Shown here: piece after piece, positions 39,976 to 54,636 of the stretch | Layout: each line of letters starts with the position of its first letter | Position numbering within the stretch: the stretch's first letter is position 1 | Assembly (NCBI RefSeq): GCF_009914755.1 | Contig: NC_060928.1 | Origin: the human T2T-CHM13v2.0 reference genome, Homo sapiens | Reading direction: 5' to 3' (one strand) | Length of the DNA: 64,000 nucleotides | Notes under the pieces: generated by a model | The model's input: the letters and a program-made list of their open reading frames with translations, nothing else | Databases searched by the model: none | What the model was told of the DNA's origin: nothing | Position numbers and translations under genes: made by a program

Positions 39976-41890
39976 CTCTCCCTCTCCCTCTCCGTCTCCC
40001 TCCACGGTCTCCCTCTCCCTCTCTTTCCACAGTCTCCCTCTCCCTCTCTTTCCACGGTCTCCCTCTCCCTCTCTTTCCACGTTCTCCCTCTCCCTCTCTT
40101 TCCACGGTCTCCCTCCCTCTCTCTTTCCACCGTCTCGTCTCCCTCTCCCTCTCTTTCCACGGTCTCCCTCTCCCTCTCTTTCCACGGTCTCCCTCTCCCT
40201 CTCTCTCTCTTTCCACGGTCTCCCTCTCCCTCTCTTTCCACGGTCTCCCTCTCCCTCTCTTTCCACGGTCTCCCTCTGATGCTGAGCCGAAGCTGGACTG
40301 TACTGCTGCCATCTCCGCTCACTGCAAGCTCCCTGCCTCAGCCTGCCAAGTGCCTGTGATTGCAGGCGCGTGCCGCCACGCCTGACTGGTTTTCGTATTT
40401 TTTTGGTGGAGACGGGGTTTCACTGTGTTGGCCGGGCTGGTCTCCAGCTCCTAACCGCGAGTGATCTGCCAGCCTCGGCCTCCCGAGGTGCTGGGATTGC
40501 AGACGGAGTCTCGTTCACTCAGTGCTCAATGTTGCCCAGGCTGGAGTGCAGTGGTGTGATCTCGGCTCGCTACAACCTCCACCTCCCAGCCGCCTGCCTT
40601 GGCCTCCCAAAGTGCCGAGATTGCAGCCTCTGCCTGGCCGCCACCCCGTCTGGGAAGTGAGGAGCGTCTCTGCCTGGCCGCCCATCGTCTGGGATGTGAG
40701 GAGCCCCTCTGCCTGGCTGCCCAGTCTGGGAAGTGAGGAGCGCCTCTTCCCGGCCGCCATCCAGTCTAGGAAGTGAGGAGTGTCTCTGCCCAGTCTCTGC
40801 CCGGCCGCCCATTGTCTGAGATGTGGGGAGTGCCTCTGCCCCACCGCAACCCTGTCTGGGAGGTGAGGAGCGTCTCTGCCTGGCCGCCCCGTCTGAGAAA
40901 TGAGGAGCCCCTCTGCCCGGCAGCCGCCCCATCTGAGAAGTGAGGAGCCCCTCCGCCCAGCAGCCGCCCCGTCTGAGAAGTGAGGAGCCCCTCCGCCCGG
41001 CAGCCGCCCCGTCTGAGAAGTGAGGAGCCCCTCCGCCTGGCAGCCACCCCGTCTGGGAAGTGAGGAGCGTCTCCGCCCGGCAGCTGCCCCATCTGGGAGG
41101 GAGGTGAGGGGCAGCCCCCGTCCGGCCAGCCGCCCCGTCCGGGAGGGAGGTGGGGGGCGCCTCCGCCCGGCCACCACCCCGTCCGGGAGGTGGGGGGTGC
41201 CTCTGCCTGGCCGCCCCTTCTGGGGAGTGAGGAGCCCCTCTGCCTGGCCGCCACCCCGTCTGGGAGGTGTACCCAACAGCTCATTGAGAACGGGCCATGA
41301 TGACGATGGCGGTTTTGTCGAATAGAAAAGGGGGAAATGCGGAGAAAAGATAGAGAAATCAGATTGTTGCTGTGGCTGTGTAGAAAGAAGTAGATATAGG
41401 AGACTCCATTTTGTTCTGTACTAAGAAAAATTCTTCTGCCTTGGGATGCTGTTGATCTATGACCTTACCCCCAACCGGGTGCTCTCTGAAACATGTGCTG
41501 TGTCCACTCAGGGTTAAATGGATTAAGGGCGGTGCAAGATGTGCTTTGTTAAACAGATGCTTGAAGGCAGCATGCTCCTTAAGAGTCATCACCACTCCCT
41601 AATCTCAAGTACCCAGGGACACAAATACTGCGGAAGGCCGCAGGGTCTTCTGCCTAGGAAAACCAGAGACCTTTGTTCACTTGTTTATCTGCTGACCTTC
41701 CCTCCACTATTGTCCTATGACCCTGCCAAATCCCCCTCTGTGAGAAACACCCAAGAATGATCAATTAAAAAAAAAAAGCAAAGAAAAATTTATATATTAC
41801 TCATTTATTAATAAATCAGAAACTACAAGAAGCTATCACCCAAAAAAAATAAAATAAATAAATAAAATCAAGCTAACACACACAAAAAAA
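39976..41890 (+). mobile_element. SVA retrotransposon (B/C-like), full length, with 3' transductions
   Basis: CCCTCT-rich head, Alu-like region (about 40278-40640), GC-rich VNTR (about 40640-41270) and SINE-R ending ccaagaatgatcaatt. Perfect 15-bp TSD aaatgaagccaaaga at 39961-39975 and 41891-41905. Confidence 0.96.
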
Positions 41891-41896
41891 AAATGA

Positions 41897-42311
<415 letters not shown>

Positions 42312-43403
42312 CTCCCTTTGTGTTTTAAAGAGGCTTCCCAGTGGCTTATCCCTGATAGTTAAACCCACACTGTTATAACTATTGTGCAGATTTTAGATCT
42401 GGTTATGAATACAGAAGTCTTCACACTCCTGCTCTCTGTAATACACATGTGGGCTGAGACATCTCTGAAGATTGATAAAGGGTCAGTGTCAAGCAGCATA
42501 AAGATGGGGAACTTGTAGCAACATGCATGATAGAAGTGGCTGTGTTTTCTCCTAATGACAATAAATTCAGACCATCATTCACACTTCTTGCACTCTTGTC
42601 TTCTAAGGGATTTCCTTGGATTTTATAGTAGAGGGCTTGGGAGACTCATTGGGCTAAAAGTCGGAAACACTTGTGAGTTCCTAGACTTTATTTCTTACAT
42701 GCCAAGATACTTAATAAGCTCTTTTTTTTTTTTTTTTTTGTCCTGAGTGTTCCTATCTGTAGAGCAGTACTGTGTTCCTGCCCCCCTTCAGGAGAAATGG
42801 CATGATGAATTAATAAGTAGTTATGGGAAGCATATATGCAAGAACGGCATTTCCTCACTCTTCATTGGGTTAAAAATAGATAATCACGTGAAATACTAGT
42901 CATTTAAATGTGGTACATAGAAAAGAAATATATTAATTATGGTGCATTGGAGGTATAATATTGCCAGAAAATAAGAAATGCACAGATTACTTAATAGGAA
43001 CTGGGTTGCATCCAAAAATAAACTGTTCACCACAGCTAGAATGTATTAGATATTTTGCACATGCCCAGCACTGTGTTATGTTCCTTTCAAAGGCTGCAGA
43101 AGAAAAAGAAATGTGATTTATCTCCTTGAGTTACTTATAAAATCACTGAGTAGACAAACATGTGAAATCAAGAACAAGTTAAGACAGTGTGTGATGAAGT
43201 GCCAAAATGAATGGTGTGGACAGCAAGTATTCTCAGAGGTCAAAGGAAGAGCAGTGCAGTGCATGTGGGAAGGTTTCCAGGGCGAGGGATGGACTCACGC
43301 CAGGTCCTTGAGGGATTGTGGACTTGAGATGGGGTGGCAGGGAAGGCATTCTGGGCACAACCTGAGGTAAGAGCAGGAATCTTTTTGGCCTGGAGAAGGA
43401 GGC

Positions 43404-44230
<827 letters not shown>

Positions 44231-46199
44231 TCATGTGGTATTTTAAGAAGTTTGAGGTTTTAGGTAAAGTACATAAACTAGGGCAGTGTTGTCCACAGTT
44301 GCACTATTTGTGAGCTCCTGAGTCTGAGGTTTCAGGGGACATGGTCAATACAGAGAGAGGGTGGTTCAGGACAGCAGGACGAACATTTGAGCACCTAATG
44401 TGTTGGGTTCTATGCTACACGTTTCAACACATTTTTCTCACAGAAAACTTGTGCTTTAAATGGCATTTAAGCCTCACAGAAGCTCTGAACTAAGTACTAT
44501 CCCATTTTACAGACATAGCAACTGAGGCCCAGATTGAGTTGCTGAGGTTCCACAGCTGGTAAGTGACGGTGGTTGTATTCAAGCCCAATCTGACTTCAGA
44601 GCCCTTGCTGTCATCTTATTGTTGCCCTTTGTTGAATTATCAGAACCACAGCTCTTGCGATTCTCTAAACCTTGTAGACAATTTCTTGTTCGTGGAAGTT
44701 TAAGTTAAGCAGAAGTCATGTGTATATGAATCAAGGCAGCATATTTTGTGTGTGCGGCAATCTGACCTAAAACCTTGAAATTGGAATGTCCTAGGCATTT
44801 AACACTCCCAGGAAATGGACCCATCCTTAGAGGCTACAAATTAACCAGGCTGATCCTGTTGATTCAACAAGCTGTAATAGCAAAGAAAACTCAATAATCT
44901 TCTAAAGATTTATAAAACAAGGTATTTCATTTGTTACTCTATCTTGAAAAATCTTCACAGGAAAGTAGTTTGGGTAAACAAGATATTGACAAGGTAGAAA
45001 TGAATAAATGATTGTTTCTAACTTCTCATATGAGTGCAGCAAGGGGAAAATGATAATGGCATATGGCCTCTACCTCCTTTCTTTCTGGAGACTGGCTGTC
45101 CACCTTAACAATTGTCTGCAGCTCCTTACTCACCTCCCATGTTCTTCTATCCGCAAGTCCCTGTCAGAAGTTTCCGAGTTACCCAATTAAGTTTCTGTGG
45201 GAGGCATGTAACCTGCTGTTAGTGGTCTGGAGAGGGTGGCAGGAAGGTGCCGGGCTGGCAGCTCTGCATTGATACCCTGGCTGCCGTTGGACACTCAGTG
45301 TGGTGTGGGCACTCAGGAGGGTGGCGATAGGGCAGTGCTTTTCTCAGCTGATGGAGGAAGTACAAACATATCGCAGATCCATTCTAATAGGAGAATTTGA
45401 TAAATTATTTGGACAGGAAACGTATTTCAAAATTGATTCTCCTTAGCTTGAGAGAAAAGAGGGTAATTGATGTCAGCATCCATAAGGTTTGTAAAGTTTC
45501 TCAAACAGGCATCTTAAGTGGAATGACTATATTTAATATTAGTGTTTCTCTCAGATTTTCATTTGGAACTCTGAAATGAGGACCTGATTAATCTGAGACA
45601 ATAATGGTTTGCAGGAGAACTTTTAAAAAAGGTAACTATACAACGTAGGCTTTTTGGTTTGTTTTTCTAGAGATATTTAGTCAAGGTAACAAAACCCTTT
45701 GGGAAAAAAGATGTTAGCATTAAGAAGAGAAATTTTACCAAGTAATCTTACTAAACTGACAGGTATCCATAGCATATCTCCCTTTTCCTTAAGGTGTATG
45801 GGAGGCCAAAGTGAGGCTCACCATGGTTCAGTTGTCAGCGTTGGGGTACAGGCATGCCCCACCTTCCTATTCCTTTTCTTTAGTTCCCATGCCCAAACTC
45901 CAAGTCCTAAGAAGAGCAGATAGTGGATTAGGCTTTTCATAGGTGTTTAAATCAGTCAATCTTAGGTTCGTATTTTTTAGAATACTTAATTTCTTAAAAG
46001 TATTGCTACATGTATGTTACTGCAAATAAGTGTATGTATGAAACCTGCTATGCATGTGAACTTGATAAAATTGTGAACTTAAAAAACTTACTTGACAGAT
46101 TTCACTATTTACTAACTTCTACTATTAAGGTATGGCTAGTAAGAAATAGTATTATAAAGAAGCATACATATAATTCAGTGTTTGTTTATTGTGGTTCTA

Positions 46200-46529
<330 letters not shown>

Positions 46530-47398
46530 CCCAAGAGGAATGTTAAATTGAATTCCAGGGCATAGTGTGCAGGTATGTATTTCTGTGACAAATCCAAACA
46601 TAGTTTTCTAGATCTTAGAGTTCTTTAAATTCTGAAAACTTAGAGATTGACTGATAAGCCAGATCATAATATGTTTACACTGCCCAGTCTCTAATGGGGT
46701 TGAGTTTCCTTTGGAAAGATGATCAGAAATCTCCAGTCACCAGAACTTTAGCTTCAACTCTCTGACCCTGTGCAAGTTCAGGCCTGATCAGGGATGGCCA
46801 GCAGTGGCCCCGGTGGCCCTTGAATTGTAACTAAAAGTAGTTGATGATATTTTTATCTCTTTCCAGCATTCATTTCTTTTCTTGAATATTTAGACTTCCC
46901 TCTAGTTTGTTCTTCCTTTAAAAGGTGTTTATTCTTTAGTAAATAAGTAAGTAGCTACTAAGTGATATAGTTAGATGGAGGCAATTGGATTGATTCAGGG
47001 AATTGTGTGTTATGTATTTAGTAGCCTGAGAATATGTAATTCTTGGAGTTTTTTCTCTTTTGAAAAGGTTCTGCTGGTTCTTTTCTGTTCCTGGGGCCTG
47101 CATGCATAAAAGTCAGCGATCCATGCTGTAAGGAACACAAGATGCTCATCGACTCTTGTCATTTGCTTGTGCTTAATCTGTCTCATTTTCATTCAGCAAG
47201 TAACATTTTTCAAATGCCAGCTCCTGTGCTAGAGGCTAAGGATGCAGAGAGAAGATTCAGCCCCACTTTCAAGGAATGGACTCCCGCAAATTCTTGTCAG
47301 TTTGTCTCAATCTGTGTACTCATTGTTCTTTCGTCTTTACTCAGGTCTCTACCTCAGATTCTGCCTCTTTGCTCCAGTGATTTAAAAATGACTTGTGA

Positions 47399-47978
47399 GC
47401 CTATAATCCCAACATTTTCAGAGGTCAAGGCAGGCAGATCACTTGAGGCCAGGAGTTAGAGACAAGCCTGGCCAACACAGCAAAACCCTGTCTCTAACAA
47501 AAGTACAAAAATTAGGTGGGTGTGATGGTGCACACCTGTATTCCAGCTACCCAGGAGACATGAGAATCGCTTGAACGCAGGAGCCATGTGTTGCAGTGAG
47601 CCGAGATTGCACCACATCACTCCTGGGCAACAGAACAAGACTGTCTCAAAAAAAAAAAAAAAAAGTAAGAAACTTTGGAGGCCAAATGTAGTGGCTCACA
47701 CCTATAATCCCAGTTCTTTGGGAGGCAGAGGTGGGAGGAGCACTTGGGGCCAGGAGTTTGAGACCAGCCTGGGCAACATAGCAAGACCCCATCTCTACAA
47801 AAACGTTTTTTTTAATTAGCCAGGTGTGGTGGCACATGTCTGTAGTCCAGCTACTTGGGAGGCTGAGGCAGGAGGATCACTTGAGCTCAGGAGCTTGAGG
47901 TTACTATGAACTGTGATCAGACTTCTGCACTCCAGCCTGGGCAAAAGCAAGACCCTGTCTCTAAAAAATAAATAAATA
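47399..47978 (+). mobile_element. Two tandem Alus (47399-47663 and 47679-47978)
   Basis: Two diverged dimers arranged head to tail. Confidence 0.88.
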
Positions 47979-48995
47979 CAAAGACTTGTGCTGATTTTTC
48001 ATGTTAGTATTTTTTAGTTTTACATTTCTCTTGCATGCTTACTTTTAAAATAATTGAGCCAACCTCTCTGTCCCTTTTTGTTATTGCATGTAAATCTACA
48101 GCCTTCTGATATAACCTAAGCTTGCAGAATCTTCCATCCATCACCTTCCTAGTATGCCTCTTGGCCCTTATTCCAGCAGTTAGTTGCTTAAAACAAAGCA
48201 CTTTGTGTTGGTAGTGGTACTATATAACTTATAGTCTATGCACTGTTGGGGATTGACACACTCTTCCCTTCCCTACCACTGCAGTGGGAAGATCATTTAG
48301 AAGACTAAGTTCGATTTGAACCTAGGGTCCAAATTACCTATTGCAAATCAATCCTCCTCCTCCCCTTGCCCTTTGCAAAAGCTAGAATTCACTGTGAAAG
48401 GTGACAGGCATACGTTCAACTCATTGTCTCTATGTTGACATATGGTCAGTATGAGAGAAAGGTCTCTAATATAGATCTGTCCCGTGGCATGACCAGCATG
48501 TTGTGGATTTCTGACAAATGCAAAGCAGTGAAGGAGTTTGAGCTCAAAATACAAATATTTGAAGTGTTCAAATTTCCTTTTTTTTTTTTTTCCATAAGGA
48601 CCAGACTCATTGATGGCAAGTCGTCATCATCTTGATATAAATTTATAACACAGGATGAACAAGACCTTGGAGGAGCTTGTAAAGAGAAGTCACTGAAGCC
48701 TTGTATCTTTAGTTGTCCGTTTTGGAGACTGTATATATGCATGTGTAAGAAGCGTAGGGGTGAAAGGGTCATGAAAACCTTTGGTTGAAAATGGTGATGG
48801 GGTCATTATGTGTGTAAGAAAATCTTTGTACTTTTCAGTTAACAATTCTACAAAATGAGAACTGTCTTGGGAAACTGGGCTTTATGAATTCAAAAATATA
48901 CTTTATCAAATTCTTTATCTCTCATGTTTAAAATTATTTGAACAGACAAATAAATGTTGAACATCAGACTTTGCCTGATTGCTGTTCCTTTCAAT

Positions 48996-49147
48996 GGGAA
49001 AAATATAAATCCTGATAATAGGGTTTATATCTTTTTAAACCCTTATATTTTTATAAACCCTGATAATAGGGAAAAATATAAACCCTATTACCAGGGTTTT
49101 TCCTACTATTTTTCCTACTATTCCCCCTTGGATAATAGTAGGAAAAA
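48996..49147. repeat. Cluster of short direct and inverted duplications
   Basis: aaaccctgataataggg pairs with ccctattaccagggttt. tttttcctactatt occurs twice and pairs with aatagtaggaaaaa. Confidence 0.85.
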
Positions 49148-50217
49148 ATGTTGGTCCGCACGAAGTTTTCATTCATCTCACCACTCTCTTTCCCATTTGT
49201 GAGAAGGAATACAAAGCTGCACAGGACAGAGTCCAAGACTAGGGAGTCAGATCACCTGTTAAAATTACAGTATTGCATCATGCATCTTTGATTTGTATTT
49301 GCAGCCTTCCCACTACTTGGATTAAGTCGTAAAAATTACAGGTAACCATGGTCCAGTGGCAAAGCTGTATATCTCTTTGGGTTCTTTGTTGCAATTAGCA
49401 ACTCTTGTTAACTTAAACAGGAGGGACTTTAGTGAAGGAATATTAGGAATGTATAGAATTGATGAGAAGTCAAAAGAATTAGGGTTCAAATAGGCAACAA
49501 GGCAATTCTGGAGTTCCAGGAACCATGGACTACTTGAAGGTGTTTGTACTAAGTCCCACCAGGCCTTGTACTAATTGCTGTCTGGGCAGGAATATGCTGG
49601 TGCCAACCATTTTTGGTCTTCTGTGCTGGTACTAACAAGGAATTCCCAGGGAAGGAGCATCCAGCTGGCATAGCTTGGGCCATACAAACACACTGTGATA
49701 GAGGAAGGATGGACCCGATTGCAGTCTCACCGGGCCTTGTCTAAGAAAGATCATTCTTCAAAGGAAAATTCGGATGGATTTATTGGAGGAAGTTATTTAA
49801 GCAGCCAAAAGAATCAAGCAGTCACCCCAGGATAGTAGAAAGGAGTAAGGACGGAAGCAGCCAGTACTAATTTTCCTTGGTAAATGAGGGTTAGAAGAAT
49901 GTGCATATGTGCATTGGCTTTGAGGCAGGTCTCTCTGTCTCTGGCTCTCTCTATCCTCCCCCTCCCCCACCCATCCCTCCCAAGCAGTTACACTTTGATT
50001 TGTTTTGAGAAATTAGGTCTTTAAAAAAGTCCTTGTGACTGCTTCAGTGTTTACCCTATTTACCCTATGGCATAATTTACCAGTTGTTAAATCTGCTCTA
50101 TCCATAACTGCCTGGCTGTCAAGAATTTTACATTTAAATGTATTTATCAGTAGTGAAACTTTGACCTTTTGGACTCACCTGGATAAATAAACCCATCCCT
50201 TTGTGTTTCTTTTTCAG

Positions 50218-50418
50218 CATCCAGTCCTGGATGAGCCAATAGCTGAAGCTGTCTGTATTATCGCAGACACGGATAAATGGAGTGTGCAGGTAGCTACAAG
50301 TCAGAGGAAAGTGACGGACAACATGAAACTAGGCCAGGATGTCCTGGTCTCTAGTCAGGTGTCCAGTTTGCTTCAGTCCATTTTACAGCTCTATAAGCTT
50401 CACCTCCCTGCTGATTTT
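50218..50418 (+). CDS. FNIP2: FNIP2 coding exon (probably exon 15), phase 0 to 0
   Basis: ttttcag|CAT...TTT|gtaagt. Encodes [28 protein letters not shown]...[10 protein letters not shown]. Confidence 0.96.
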
Positions 50419-50913
50419 GTAAGTACTGGTTCTTATATCACCAAAGAAATCTAGTTTTAAAATGCTTTTAACGACATTTTGATTATAAAATCACAAATTC
50501 AAAAGTACTGTTTTAATATAATTGGAGATTAGCATAACTAAAACTAGAACATGCAGCATAAAACTCGCAACAGGATAGATTTCAGTAGTAATAGCTCTTC
50601 CGTGAAACAAATAACAAGGAGCGGCACTGGAATTTTTTGGAATGAGGTATATGGTGCAGTAAATAAGGAATGGGTGGAGAGATCAAGCATAAAAGGAAAC
50701 TGTAAATCATCCACTGGAGAACTCATGAGTTCTCCTTTTATTAGATTGATATTTTAATAAGTAGGCCAGTTTCTGAAGGGATTGTAGTTCCTTTTATTAA
50801 GCAAACATTTTCACAAAGGTGTTAAGGATAAAATAGAATATCATTTGTGTAAACATTTCCAACATTTCCAGCTTTAAAGTACTATACACATGTAAGATTA
50901 TATCAATTGTTGC

Positions 50914-51160
50914 TTTTTTTTTTTTTTTTTTTTTGACAGAGTCTCACTCTGGAGTGAGTAGTGCAGTGGCATGATCTCTGCTCACTGCAACCTCCGCCTC
51001 CTGGGCTCAAGTGATCCTCCCACCTCAGCCTCTTGAGTAGTTGGACTAGAGGCATGTGCCACCATGCCAGCTAATTTTTGTATTTTTTGTAGAGATGGGT
51101 TTTGCCATGTTGCTCAGTCTGGTCTCGAGTTCCTGGGCTCAAGCAATCCGCTTCTTTCCA
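50914..51160 (-). mobile_element. AluJ, partial
   Basis: T tail, right arm and part of the left arm. Confidence 0.85.
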
Positions 51161-52299
51161 AATGGGATTTTAAAATCACTTTCGTAACAATACTTTAAAT
51201 ACAAACAACAGACAGAGCCTATACACTCTTAGAAAAGTATCAGTAGCTCCCCCCAGCCACTGGAATTAACATGCATGACAAAATCTTCTCAGTATCTGCG
51301 TATGTGCAGAGAAATTGAAAGAAAGAGAAAATACATTTAGAGAGGGAGGGGGAAAGGTTTCAAAAGAAGAAAAGCTTTTCCAGTGGTGATGAACACTTAA
51401 AAAGAGAGAGAGAAGCTTAAGGGCATATGGCATATAGCTGGGTAGAGCTTGGATGGGCTGACCTCAGAGACAGGTGTGTGAGGAAAGAGTCTGCTTTCTC
51501 TGCTGTTCCCTCCTGTCTGCACAGCGCTGTTCTCTGCAGCACAGCCCCAAACCAAAACATCTGTTATCTGCTTCCTGGCCTCCAAAAATGATGCAAACCT
51601 GTTTACCCAACAAAGCAGGAAGTTTTTAAATATTAATTACCTACGCTAATTGCTAATGTAATGGTCATTGTCCTGGGTTTTTATGACCAAATCTATACTT
51701 GTACCCATTCCTCAAAAAGAGTCTAGACTTTTATGACTTTGAAGAAGGTGCTCTGAAATACCGTCTGGTTGTTATCAAAGTCGGGACAGTGTGGCAAGGC
51801 AGGAAGACCACTGAGCGTAGCTGGGTTATGGTCTAGGCTTTGCCGTTGGTTAGTTGTGTAACAATGGACAATCCCGAGTCTCTCCGAACCTCAGCTTTCT
51901 TAGTTGTAAAAGAAAGATAGTACCTGTTCAACAAGGGTGCTGTGAGAATCTTCTGAAAATTAGGGATATAACTGCTTTTTACTGCTAAAGCACCATGCCA
52001 ATATTATAAAATACTTTAAAAGCCATATATGTTAGCTTTAGAGCCCCATAACCTGGGGTCAAATCCAAGTTCTGCTACTTCCTAACCATGTACTCTTTCA
52101 AAGCCTTAATTTCCTTATCTGCAAAGCTGGGGAAATAATAGAACCTATCTCCTATGGTTATGAAATTATATTAGAGAATGAATGTAAAGCACTTGGAATA
52201 GTGTTAGATGTTATAAGCACTCAGTAAACAGCTACTATTAGTATGATAGTCAATAACAATTAGTTTCATGAAACAATATTAATGGTTGCAAAGACTGAC

Positions 52300-52441
52300 A
52301 ACACCTTTTTTCCAAACTGTTTATTTGGGCTTTAAGCTGAAGCGTACTCTTGCAAGACATCTGTCCTGGGGCAATATGAGAAGCACTTGTGGATTATTAT
52401 GATCTTATTTTTTGTTATACAGTAGTAGGCAGTTTCTCCTT
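52300..52441 (-). other. Putative terminal exon of an antisense overlapping gene, probably C4orf45/SPMIP2
   Basis: Minus-strand acceptor ataactcaacctgcttttag|AAGGAG (AG at 52443-52442). AATAAA at 52325-52320, then GU-rich GGTGTTGTCAGTCTTTG. Gene identity is from my recollection that C4orf45 overlaps the FNIP2 3' end tail to tail. Confidence 0.5.
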
Positions 52442-52937
52442 CTAAAAGCAGGTTGAGTTATGCTGATTTAGAGGTTAATGTTTCCTTTTCTGTAAGAGAA
52501 GTAATGTATATTAGACTTCATAGTTTACTTCATAAGTATTTGCCAAACTTTTATATTTCATTCTATAATACATACGTCTTGTCACAGTTGATATCTTGGT
52601 TATCAAAGCAATAAATTGTTATAGTTAATTCTTTTTACTTCCTTTGGACAGAAGTGTGTTCAAGCACTTACTAGTGTGAATGACTTATTTAACCTGACAA
52701 AACCAAGATCAAAGAAAATTTTATCTGCAGTTTAAAATTCTCCTTAAAAAAAATCACTTGAATGAAACCTGTGATTAAATGGCTTTTAGAACCTTCAATA
52801 CAAAAAGAGAAGGTAGCTATTTGAAATTTTAGAAGTTAAAAATTGGAGAAATCCATCTCAGGAATAAAATCCCAGAAAGAGGAGTTTAAAAAGCCCCCAG
52901 CATGGTTCAATGGAATAATCAAGTCTTTTAAAAAATG

Positions 52938-53242
52938 TTTTCTTTTTTTTTTTTTTTTTGAGACAGAGTTTCATTTTGTCACCCAGGTTATAGTGCAGTA
53001 GTATGATGTTGGCTCACTGCAGCCTTGACCTCCTAGGCTCAAGCAATCCTCCCACCTCAGCCTCCTGATTAGCTAGGACTACAGGTGTGTGGGCCACTAT
53101 GCCCAGGTAATTTTTTAATTTTTGTAGAGACAGAGGCTCACTATGTTGCCTAGGTTGGTCTTGAACTCCTGGGCTCAAGTGATCCTCCTACCTCAGCCTC
53201 CCAAAGTGCTAGGATTACATGCGTGAGCCACTATGACTGGCT
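52938..53242 (-). mobile_element. AluJ
   Basis: Full diverged dimer. Confidence 0.88.
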
Positions 53243-54520
53243 AAAAGTTGTCTAAATGCTTTGATTTCACGTCTAGTATATATTTCATATAGACCACAGT
53301 TCTTATTTCCACACTGCATCATACAGTTTTCATATAGGCTGTGAACACTGTAATTACTTTTTCCAAACAGAAAGGGTTCAATGTAATATGAATATTATTT
53401 TTAATATTTTGTGACTCTTACTAAAAATTTTCTATTTCACTCCATAAGGAACTGAAAGCTAATAAAGATCCTTTTACCACCTTGTTTACTTGGAGGAGCA
53501 TTTCCATGAGAATTGGTGAAATCCTCCTTACTTTATTACTCTTAGTCACTTAGCAGTTGTGTTTCATCCACCTGACACAATGTATTTAAGATTTTAAACC
53601 AATGAAAAACTGAAAAGATTGCATCTCTGATAGATATTTTTTCCATGTCGTTGATCAGCCCAGATGGTCAAGATCAACATTTTCAAATGCATCTGTTAAT
53701 CTTTTTACCTTGAAAATAACAGGCCTAATGGTCTAGAAGAAAATTAGGTATGATGGAATTACCCTTGCCAAAGCCATCAGGTGTCTTACTGAAGATGCTC
53801 GGGTATCTGCCTGCCAAATGCAAAAGCATTTGCCTCTGGTGAAAGACACAGATGGTTGCTATTCTCTAAAAAAATGAAGCTGAACACTATTCCAAGGGTA
53901 AAGATGTCCTGAAAATAATTGCCTTTTCTTTATTGTTATTAAAGACCTAGTTAAAATACATTCTTGAAAGCAAAAGAAAAAAAAGTTGTGGGGGAGGTTC
54001 AAAATGACCTGTTCCCGTCAGTCTCCTCTGGAAATGTACTGGGCCAGAATAATCTGAGCTATTGGGGGAAAAAAACAAAAACCATACTGTTTACTAAATT
54101 ATTTATAACAAAAATGCAATTTGCTATGTGGTTACGTGTAAATTCACATTCTCAATATTGTTTAGCTATAAAAATTATATCAAGAAGTTCTTAATATGGG
54201 AAAGGATTATTATAAAGTTTTTTAAAGGCAAGAAACACTTTTGGAATGATTTCAACTATGAAAAAAATACTTGTTTAAAAAGACTAGAATAATACATATG
54301 TAAATCTTAATAGTTAGCAAAAGTAAACTTTGTTTTACAAGAACCTATTCTTATACCTGGTAGTGGTAGGGTTTGAGATGGCTTGTGATTTTTTAAGTGT
54401 ATTTGAAACTGATGAGATAAAAGCTGTGTAGTTAGAAATGAATTAAGAAAATTCTGACTCTTAAAATATTGGCAGAGATTTGACTTCTAGCCCTCATTGT
54501 GAATGTTCTTGGCTTTGCAG

Positions 54521-54636
54521 TGCATCATGCATCTTGAAGATAGACTACAGGAGATGTACCTTAAAAGTAAAATGCTATCTGAATATCTCCGGGGACACAC
54601 ACGAGTCCATGTGAAAGAATTAGGTGTCGTACTGGG
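54521..54636 (+). CDS. FNIP2: FNIP2 coding exon (probably exon 16), phase 0 to 2
   Basis: ctttgcag|TGC...CTG GG|gtgagt. Encodes [38 protein letters not shown]. Confidence 0.95.

Noticed and set aside
40001-40277. Regularly spaced repeats resembling a CRISPR array
   Set aside because: These are tandem units with no unique spacers, inside a eukaryotic SVA.
39828-41325. Several overlapping repetitive ORFs of 100-250 aa
   Set aside because: They are translations of the SVA head repeat and VNTR, where stop codons are scarce by composition.
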